Source: Halarcobacter sp. (GTDB taxonomy: Bacteria; Campylobacterota; Campylobacteria; Campylobacterales; Arcobacteraceae). Taken from it: DNA of 64,000 nucleotides. This document shows, piece after piece, positions 20,489 to 29,900 of the stretch. The notes under the pieces were generated by a model, which saw only the letters and a program-made list of their open reading frames with translations, was not told where the DNA came from and searched no databases. The position numbers were made by a program, and so were the translations under genes. The stretch lies in assembly GCA_048571215.1 (NCBI GenBank), contig CP182352.1, forward strand, positions 3,072,001-3,136,000, given 5' to 3'. The first letter of the stretch is position 1, and every line of letters begins with the position of its first letter.

Positions 20489-20907
20489 CTTATAATATAT
20501 AATGTTGTAAGGCTTAAAAATAAATATCTAGCAAATTTTGCTAATACAACCAAAAATAAAAACCTCTTAAAATCATATTTTAAAATACCCGCTATAAAAG
20601 TGATAGGATCCCCAATAATTGGAGCCCAAGACAAAAGTAAAGCAAATCCGCCAAACCTATCAAAGATATTTTTATACTTTAAAATTCTTTTTTCATTTAA
20701 AACTTTTTTTTCTACTAAATACTCTTCCCCTTTTAAACCAAAATAATAGTTTACTATTGAGCCTAAACTATTCCCTAAGGTAGCAAAAAATAAAAGAAAA
20801 TAGATATTGTATCCTTGATTTATATCATAGATTAGTAAAGCTTCACTTCCCATAGGAAAAAGTGTAGCTGAGATAAAACTTGAAAAAAATAGAGTTAAAT
20901 AGTGCAT
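20485..20907 (-). CDS. YqaA/DedA (VTT domain) membrane protein
   Basis: SFISATLFP.GSE, GNSLGS..NY, LLLSW.PIIGDP. Confidence 0.85.
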   Translation of the reverse strand: MHYLTLFFSSFISATLFPMGSEALLIYDINQGYNIYFLLFFATLGNSLGSIVNYYFGLKGEEYLVEKKVLNEKRILKYKNIFDRFGGFALLLSWAPIIGDPITFIAGILKYDFKRFLFLVVLAKFARYLFLSLTTLYIIS

Positions 20908-21070
20908 ATGGAAAAAACTTTTATCAAAAAAAACCTTTTAAAAACTATCAAATTATGGCATAATTTTTATAATAAATAGCCTTTAAAAATATTTACATGA
21001 AATTTAAGCTTTCTAAAGATATAATTACACCCCTAAAAGAAAAGCACAAAGAGTATCTAGGTACTTTTTA

Positions 21071-21176
21071 TGCTCTTCTTTAGACCCTTACAATCATTTT
21101 TAGAGACAACGCCCCAGGATGGGAACATAGCAAGGCACCTCTTCTTTTGGTGTGTTTGGGTATCTGGAGAAGAGTG
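21071..21176 (+). ncRNA. ffs: Signal recognition particle (4.5S) RNA
   Basis: Long hairpin, with TGCTCTTCTTTAGA pairing to TCTGGAGAAGAGTG, and the domain IV signature GCCCCAGG-ATG-GGAA-CAT-AGCAAGGC. Confidence 0.85.
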
Positions 21177-21189
21177 CTAATAGCACTCT
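21171..21189. terminator. Hairpin at the 3' end of ffs, convergent with the kinase gene
   Basis: AGAGTGCTA-A-TAGCACTCT. Confidence 0.55.
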
Positions 21190-21215
21190 AATTCAATCTA
21201 ACAAAGCCCATATAT

Positions 21216-23069
21216 TTAATCATTATTTGGAATACTCATAATATACTCTAAGCCTAGATTATTTTTACATTCAACTTTGCCATTTAGTTGAAACTCAATT
21301 AGCGAGTTTATCAATCCAAAACCAAAACCTTTTTTTATCTTTGTGCTATCTATACCAATACCATTGTCTTTATAAACTAAAATTAGATGGTTTTTTTCTT
21401 TATATGCTTTTATATCTATTTGCCCATTTTGATTCTCAAATGCATATTTTATACTATTTGTTATAAGTTCATTGATAACTAAACCAATAGGTATAAGATA
21501 AGTTTGGTCAAGTAGAATTTTTTCTAGTTTTAGATTAAACTCTATATCAAAAGAACTAAAACTTTTTTTTGATTCAAAGATTATTTGTTGAAGATAGTTT
21601 TTTAAATCAAATTCATAAACATCATCACTTTCTAAAAAATTCTCATACAAAATAGAGATTGATTTTATTCTTTTAATATTTTTTTCTAAAATAGCTTTGT
21701 CTTTTATAGTTTCAATTTTTTCTTTATCCATTGAAAGTAGGGCACTTATGATTTGAAGATTGTTTTTAATACGATGTGATAACTCTTTTAAAAGTATAGA
21801 TTTGTTTTTTATTTCTTTTGATAAATCTAGAGTTCGTACCTCTACTTGTTTCTCTAAATTTTCATTAAGTTCAAGAACTTCATTTTTTGTTTTTTCTAAA
21901 ATAAGATTAAGTGAGGTATATCTATATGCTAGTGCAATTGAAAATAAAATAGAATCAATCATCATACCAATATCTACACCTTTAAACAAATACCAATCAT
22001 AAGGTATAAGAGGAAGATTTGCAACTACCATTGTAAAAAATGCACCAGTAGATCCAAATATAGTTGCTAATATAAAAAATAGAGCTTTTTTATTTCCTTT
22101 TATATATGAATATACTCCTAGGAAAAATATATAAATACTAAAAAGTGGAGTGATAACATTTGCATAAAAAATATTGGCTTCATACCCTAATACAATTGTT
22201 ATTATAATTATCAAAATATGTAGTTTTAAAATATTATTGGTAAGTTTATTTAATTTAGGAAGTTTCTCTTTTAGTTCTAAAAAGTATTTTGCAAAAAGTA
22301 AACTACATAACAAATACAAAGTTATAGGGATAGATTGCATCCAGTTTTGAAAATTTGGATAATCAAAATAAAGGTATTTGAAGGTGTAACTTTCATATCC
22401 TAAACTCATCACCAAATAACTCATCAAATATAAACAATAAAAAAAGTAACTACTGTATCTAGTGATAATAAAAATCAAAAGATTAAAAATTAAAAGAGCT
22501 GTAACAACACTATAGGTACTAATTTCAACTAAATTTTTTTCTATGATTTTTTCATATAATCCTTTTTCACTCATAATTGATAAGGGAATGATAAATGGAT
22601 CACGAGTTTTGATTTGTAAATAAACTTTATGTTTACCATTTGAAAACTCATGAACTTGATTTAAAAGATTGATTTGCATAGAACGTTCTTTAAAGGGCAA
22701 TAATGTACCTAGTTGATATTTAGTAAGTTTTTCATCTTTATCATAAATATAAATATTTATGCTATCTATCCAAGGAGCATCAAATACAAAATATCTTTTT
22801 AAACTATTCTGAGTATTGTTTATAAGGTTAAATTGTAACCAATATGTTGAGTTTGTAAAAAAACTAAGAAAAGCTTTTCTATTGTATTGTGTAAACTCAG
22901 AATCTTTTAATAATCTAATACTATCTATATCATAAGTTGAATCTACATCCTCAAAATATTGAATACTTTTGCCAATATATGGTAACTCTTTTTTTTCTAT
23001 ATTGATATCTTTAGCAAAGAGTGAGAATGTATTTAGAAAAAATATTATAAATAAAAAATGTAGTTTCAA
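21216..23069 (-). CDS. 7TM-DISM sensor histidine kinase (HisKA_2 type)
   Basis: Signal peptide, extracellular DISM-like domain (TYWLQF), about 7 TM helices, ELSHRIKNNLQ, NELITNSIKYAF, DNGIG. Confidence 0.85.
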   Translation of the reverse strand: MKLHFLFIIFFLNTFSLFAKDINIEKKELPYIGKSIQYFEDVDSTYDIDSIRLLKDSEFTQYNRKAFLSFFTNSTYWLQFNLINNTQNSLKRYFVFDAPWIDSINIYIYDKDEKLTKYQLGTLLPFKERSMQINLLNQVHEFSNGKHKVYLQIKTRDPFIIPLSIMSEKGLYEKIIEKNLVEISTYSVVTALLIFNLLIFIITRYSSYFFYCLYLMSYLVMSLGYESYTFKYLYFDYPNFQNWMQSIPITLYLLCSLLFAKYFLELKEKLPKLNKLTNNILKLHILIIIITIVLGYEANIFYANVITPLFSIYIFFLGVYSYIKGNKKALFFILATIFGSTGAFFTMVVANLPLIPYDWYLFKGVDIGMMIDSILFSIALAYRYTSLNLILEKTKNEVLELNENLEKQVEVRTLDLSKEIKNKSILLKELSHRIKNNLQIISALLSMDKEKIETIKDKAILEKNIKRIKSISILYENFLESDDVYEFDLKNYLQQIIFESKKSFSSFDIEFNLKLEKILLDQTYLIPIGLVINELITNSIKYAFENQNGQIDIKAYKEKNHLILVYKDNGIGIDSTKIKKGFGFGLINSLIEFQLNGKVECKNNLGLEYIMSIPNND

Positions 23070-23173
23070 GTTATCCCTTTATAAATCTCTAAGCATAATA
23101 ATAGCGAAAAGTGTTTTAGTTATTTTAAGTTTTAAAAATATACAATCCTATAAAATAATAAATAGAGAGTAAA

Positions 23174-23839
23174 ATGAATATAGTTATTTTAGAAGATGAA
23201 GCTATCGTGATGATGTTTTTAAAGTCATCTTTGGAATCAAATGGTCACAAAGTAATAGCCTCATTTAACAGTTTCGAAGGTTTTTTTGAGTTTTTTGAAA
23301 AAGAACAAGTAGATTTAGTTTTAATGGACATACAAGTTCAAGGTGCTTTAGATGGAACTCAAATAGCATCAAGATTGAGATTATTAGATAAAAATGTAAA
23401 AATTGTTTTTGTCACTTCTTTTAAAGATAGTCAAACAATTCAATTGGCAAAAGAATCAAAACCAAATGGATATTTAATCAAACCTATATCAAAAGAGGAT
23501 TTAGAAGCGATACTTATGATATGTGAAATCAATCTTCCACAAAAAAAAGAACCTTGTAATATAAAAATAGCTAATTATGAATTTAATCCAAATAGTAAAA
23601 CTATTCAAGAAAATAATAAGTTAATCAAACTAACGCAAAAAGAATTGCACTGCTTTGAACTTCTACTTAAAAACAAAAATAATCATATCTCCCATGAACA
23701 TTTGGTTCAATCCCTTTGGAATGAAGATTTGTATTCAAGATCAAACTCTTTAAGAGAATTAGTTTATCGAATAAGAAAAAAACTACCGAATCTAATAATT
23801 GAGAACAGTGTAAATATAGGATATATCCTAAAAGATTAA
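23174..23839 (+). CDS. Response regulator (REC plus winged-helix output)
   Basis: LEDE, LMDI, YLIKP; C-terminal LTQKE...LVYRIRKK...GY. Confidence 0.88.
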   Translation: MNIVILEDEAIVMMFLKSSLESNGHKVIASFNSFEGFFEFFEKEQVDLVLMDIQVQGALDGTQIASRLRLLDKNVKIVFVTSFKDSQTIQLAKESKPNGYLIKPISKEDLEAILMICEINLPQKKEPCNIKIANYEFNPNSKTIQENNKLIKLTQKELHCFELLLKNKNNHISHEHLVQSLWNEDLYSRSNSLRELVYRIRKKLPNLIIENSVNIGYILKD

Positions 23840-23925
23840 TAAAAAAACATTTTCTAACACCATTCTAATACTGATGATATATGATAATAGTAATGTAATC
23901 TATATCAAAAAATTGGAATCTTCAA

Positions 23926-26900
23926 ATGAATAGTAACTATAAATATAAAAATGCCTTTAGAATACTAAAAGGTGGAAAAATAAGTTTAGTAGTAAGTGCC
24001 TTACTCACAACTACTTCACTTTTTTCTGCTCCAAGTGGAGGAGTTGTAACAAGTGGGTCAGCAACAATTAATCAAAGTGGTAGTGTAACTAATATTAATC
24101 AAAGTAGCCAAAAGGCTAGTATAAATTGGAATAAATTTAGTATTGATAAAAATGAAACAGTAAATTTCAATCAACCAAATGTAAACTCAATTACTCTAAA
24201 TAGAGTAGTTGGTAATGAAAGAAGTGTTATCAATGGAGCACTTAATGCCAATGGTCAAGTTTGGATATTAAATTCAAATGGAGTTCTGTTTGGTAAAAAT
24301 GCTTCAATAAATACTTCAGGATTATTAGCAACAACTAAAAACATCTCTGATTTAGACTTTCAAAAAGGAAACTATAACTTTAAAGGAGATTCTACAAGTT
24401 CTATTATAAACCAAGGAACAATAGATATTAATAACTCTGGATATGTAGTATTTGCTTCAAATGAGGTACAAAATAGTGGAGTTATAAAAGCAGTAAAAGG
24501 AAATGTTCATTTAGTTGGTGCAAAAGAGTATAGTATAAATCTAAATGGGAACTCATTAGTAAACCTAACAGTTGACAAGGGAGTATTAGATGCTTTAGTT
24601 AAAAACTCAGGAACTATCATAGCAGATGGTGGGGAAGTATATCTAACAACCAATGCAGTTGATGAATTACTAAAAGGAGTTGTAAACAACACAGGTGTTA
24701 TTGAAGCTAACTCTATAGATGATGTTACTGGTAAAGTAGAACTCTTTGCCCATGGTGGAAAAGCAGAAGTTGGTGGAACTATAAGTGCTACTGATGGATT
24801 TGTGGAAACTTCTGGAAAAGATTTTAAGATATTAGACGATGCTATTATTAAAGCTGGAGAATGGCTAATTGACCCTGTTGATATTACTATTGATGATAGT
24901 TTAGCTAGTACTATTGAAACTGCTTTAGGAAGTGGTGATGTTACTATTGAAACTACAAGTGCAGGAGCGAGTTCTGTTAATACTTCATCTGGTGAAAGTG
25001 CAGGAGATGGAGATATTACTGTAAACAGTGGTATTACTTGGAGTACAAACAAAAAACTTACTTTAAAAGCTGATGATGAAATATATGTAAATGCAACAAT
25101 AGAGAATACAAATAACACAAATGGTGGAGTATATTTCCAAGCAGCTAATACTTCTAACAAAGTTATCTTTGATACAAATGGAAAAGTAATAGTAAACAAT
25201 GTATACCAACTTCAATGGATAAATCAAGCATTAAACGGTAAATATGAACTTGGTTCTAATATTGATGCTAGTGTTACTAAAAATTGGGATAGTGGAAAAG
25301 GATTTAATCCTATTGGAAATAATTTAGAATTCACAGGAAGTTTTGATGGTCTTGGACATACTATTGATTCTTTATATATAAATAGACCTAATCAAAATTA
25401 TGTAGGTCTTTTTGGATATACACAAAATTCAACTATTAAAAATATTGGGCTTACAAATATTGATATAACTGGAAATTATTATGTAGGAGGATTGGTTGGA
25501 TATAATGGTTATTCAACTATCTCTAACTCTTATGCCTCTGGTTCTGTTACTGGGAGTAGAGATTCTGTAGGAGGATTGGTTGGATATAATGATGATTCAA
25601 CTATCTCTAACTCTTATGCCTCTGGTTCTGTTTCTGGAGATTATTATGTAGGAGGATTGATTGGATGTAATTATGATAATTCAAGTATTTCTAACTCATA
25701 TGCCTCTGGTTCTGTTTCTGGATATTATTATGTAGGAGGATTGGTTGGATATAATGATACTTCAACCATCTCTAACTCTTATGCCTCTGGTTCTGTTTCT
25801 TCTGAAAGTGGAAGTTTTGTAGGAGGATTGGTTGGATATAATGATAATTTAAGTATCTCTAACTCTTATGCCTCTGGTTCTGTTTCTGGAAATTATTATG
25901 TAGGAGGATTGATTGGATATAATTATGATAATTCAAGTATCTCTAACTCTTATACCTCTGGTTCTGTTTCTGGAAATTATTATGTAGGAGGATTGGTTGG
26001 ATATAATGGTTATTCAACTATCTCTAACTCTTATACCTCTGGTTCTGTTTCTTCTGAAAGTGGAAGTTATGTAGGAGGATTGGTTGGGGAGAATTATGGA
26101 ACAATAACAAACTCTTTTTGGGACATAGACACAACAGGACAAACTAATTCTTCTGGTGGTGGAACTGGAATACATAGTTCAACAGATACAATAGATGCTT
26201 TCACTAAATCAACTTACAAAGATTTTGATTTTACAAATACTTGGTTTATGATAGATGGAGAAACAAGACCATTTTTAAGAATGGAATACTCTACAAATAT
26301 TACAAATGACCACCAACTTCAACTTATGGCTATGGATTTAACTGCAAACTATACTTTAGCAAAAAATATTACATATACAGGTAGTATGTGGAGTAGTAGA
26401 GGTTTTAATCCTATTGGAGATGATTCAAATATGTTTACAGGAGGCTTTGATGGTCTTGGACATACTATTGATTCTTTATATATAAATAGACCTAATCAAA
26501 ATTATGTAGGTCTTTTTGGATATACAAAAAATTCAACTATTAAAAATATTGGGCTTACAAAGGTTGAGATTAAAGGAAAAAATAATGTAGGAGGATTGGT
26601 TGGATATAATGAGTCTAATGGTGAAGCTTCAACTATCTTTAACTCTTATACTTCTGGTTCTGTTTCGGGAAGAGGAGAAAACCTTGGAGGTTTACTAGGT
26701 TATAACTATGGCGTTTACTCAGAAATTAATTATTCTTATTCCTCTGCAAATGTAATAGGAGAGGGTAGCACTAATCGAACAGGAGGGCTTGTTGGATGGA
26801 ACCATAATGGAGCTTCTATAAAAAACTCTTATGCTACAGGTTCTGTAAATGCACAAGATGGAGTTGGAGGTTTGCTAGGTTCTAATGAAGAAGATGCTAT

Positions 26901-29900
26901 AGTTGAAAATAGTTATTCAATAGGTAGTGTGCATGGTACAGAGGGTTCGATTGGAGGTTTGATTGGATGGAGTGATGCAAGAACAACTAATTCATACTGG
27001 GATACACAAAAATCAGGTCAAACAAATGGTATAGGAACTAATAAGAACAATCAAACTGCAACAGGTTTAACAACAGCTCAAATGAGTTATGGACAAATAT
27101 TCAAAGATGCTTCTTGGGATATAGTTGTAGATAGTAGTGTAACTTCTTCAATTCCTATTTTAAAATATGATAGTGTAAATAATAAATATGTTTGGGCTAT
27201 TGCTCCATTAGCTTTAAATTATACTTTAAGTGATAAAACAAGAACTTATAATGGAACACAAAGTTTAAGTAATCTTTATACAACAAGTTCAATCTTTGGA
27301 GAAAGTTATTCATTTTTAGATGGTGATTATAAATTCCAAGTATCAGGGAGTGATGTATCTGAATATAAAAATGCAGGAACATATAACAATATTAAAGTTG
27401 CTTCAGATAGTGATTTCTTGACTATTAAAGAAAGTGGAAATACAGCTGGAAAATTAACAATCACACCAAAAGCGATAACAGTATTAGCAGATAATCAAAC
27501 AAAAGTATATGGAGATGCTAATCCAAACTTAACATACTCATTGGCAACAGGTTCTTCTTTAGTAGGAAGTGATACTTTAAGCTCATTAGTAGATGGAAGT
27601 TTAAGTACAAGTGCAACAAGTACAAGTGGAGTAGGGAATAATTATGTCATTTCAACTTCAAACTTAAGTGATGTAGCGAATGATAACTATACAGTTACCT
27701 TTAATGATGGAAAATTAACAATCACACCAAAAGCGATAACAGTATTAGCAGATAATCAAACAAAAGTATATGGAGATGCTAATCCAAACTTAACATACTC
27801 ATTGGCAACAGGTTCTTCTTTAGTAGGAAGTGATACTTTAAGCTCATTAGTAGATGGAAGTTTAAGTACAAGTGCAACAAGTACAAGTGGAGTAGGGAAT
27901 AATTATGTCATTTCAACTTCAAACTTAAGTGATGTAGCGAATGATAACTATACAGTTACCTTTAATGATGGAAAATTAACAATCACACCAAAAGCGATAA
28001 CAGTATTAGCAGATAATCAAACAAAAGTATATGGAGATGCTAATCCAAACTTAACATACTCATTGGCAACAGGTTCTTCTTTAGTAGGAAGTGATACTTT
28101 AAGCTCATTAGTAGATGGAAGTTTAAGTACAAGTGCAACAAGTACAAGTGGAGTAGGGAATAATTATGTCATTTCAACTTCAAACTTAAGTGATGTAGCG
28201 AATGATAACTATACAGTTACCTTTAATGATGGAAAATTAACAATCACACCAAAAGCGATAACAGTATTAGCAGATAATCAAACAAAAGTATATGGAGATG
28301 CTAATCCAAACTTAACATACTCATTGGCAACAGGTTCTTCTTTAGTAGGAAGTGATACTTTAAGCTCATTAGTAGATGGAAGTTTAAGTACAAGTGCAAC
28401 AAGTACAAGTGGAGTAGGGAATAATTATGTCATTTCAACTTCAAACTTAAGTGATGTAGCGAATGATAACTATACAGTTACCTTTAATGATGGAAAATTA
28501 ACAATCACACCAAAAGCGATAACAGTATTAGCAGATAATCAAACAAAAGTATATGGAGATGCTAATCCAAACTTAACATACTCATTGGCAACAGGTTCTT
28601 CTTTAGTAGGAAGTGATACTTTAAGCTCATTAGTAGATGGAAGTTTAAGTACAAGTGCAACAAGTACAAGTGGAGTAGGGAATAATTATGTCATTTCAAC
28701 TTCAAACTTAAGTGATGTAGCGAATGATAACTATACAGTTACCTTTAATGATGGAAAATTAACAATCACACCAAAAGCGATAACAGTATTAGCAGATAAT
28801 CAAACAAAAGTATATGGAGATGCTAATCCAAACTTAACATACTCATTGGCAACAGGTTCTTCTTTAGTAGGAAGTGATACTTTAAGCTCATTAGTAGATG
28901 GAAGTTTAAGTACAAGTGCAACAAGTACAAGTGGAGTAGGGAATAATTATGTCATTTCAACTTCAAACTTAAGTGATGTAGCGAATGATAACTATACAGT
29001 TACCTTTAATGATGGAAAATTAACAATCACACCAAAAGCGATAACAGTATTAGCAGATAATCAAACAAAAGTATATGGAGATGCTAATCCAAACTTAACA
29101 TACTCATTGGCAACAGGTTCTTCTTTAGTAGGAAGTGATACTTTAAGCTCATTAGTAGATGGAAGTTTAAGTACAAGTGCAACAAGTACAAGTGGAGTAG
29201 GGAATAATTATGTCATTTCAACTTCAAACTTAAGTGATGTAGCGAATGATAACTATACAGTTACCTTTAATGATGGAAAATTAACAATCACACCAAAAGC
29301 GATAACAGTATTAGCAGATAATCAAACAAAAGTATATGGAGATGCTAATCCAAACTTAACATACTCATTGGCAACAGGTTCTTCTTTAGTAGGAAGTGAT
29401 ACTTTAAGCTCATTAGTAGATGGAAGTTTAAGTACAAGTGCAACAAGTACAAGTGGAGTAGGGAATAATTATGTCATTTCAACTTCAAACTTAAGTGATG
29501 TAGCGAATGATAACTATACAGTTACCTTTAATGATGGAAAATTAACAATCACACCAAAAGCGATAACAGTATTAGCAGATAATCAAACAAAAGTATATGG
29601 AGATGCTAATCCAAACTTAACATACTCATTGGCAACAGGTTCTTCTTTAGTAGGAAGTGATACTTTAAGCTCATTAGTAGATGGAAGTTTAAGTACAAGT
29701 GCAACAAGTACAAGTGGAGTAGGGAATAATTATGTCATTTCAACTTCAAACTTAAGTGATGTAGCGAATGATAACTATACAGTTACCTTTAATGATGGAA
29801 AATTAACAATCACACCAAAAGCGATAACAGTATTAGCAGATAATCAAACAAAAGTATATGGAGATGCTAATCCAAACTTAACATACTCATTGGCAACAGG

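Noticed and set aside
21040..21190. GC-richer intergenic hairpin as a tRNA or riboswitch
   Set aside because: It has no cloverleaf or T-loop; it fits the SRP RNA domain IV motif instead.
24507..25199. 230-aa antisense ORF inside the adhesin gene
   Set aside because: It is a shadow of biased codon usage on the sense strand and has no recognisable motifs.
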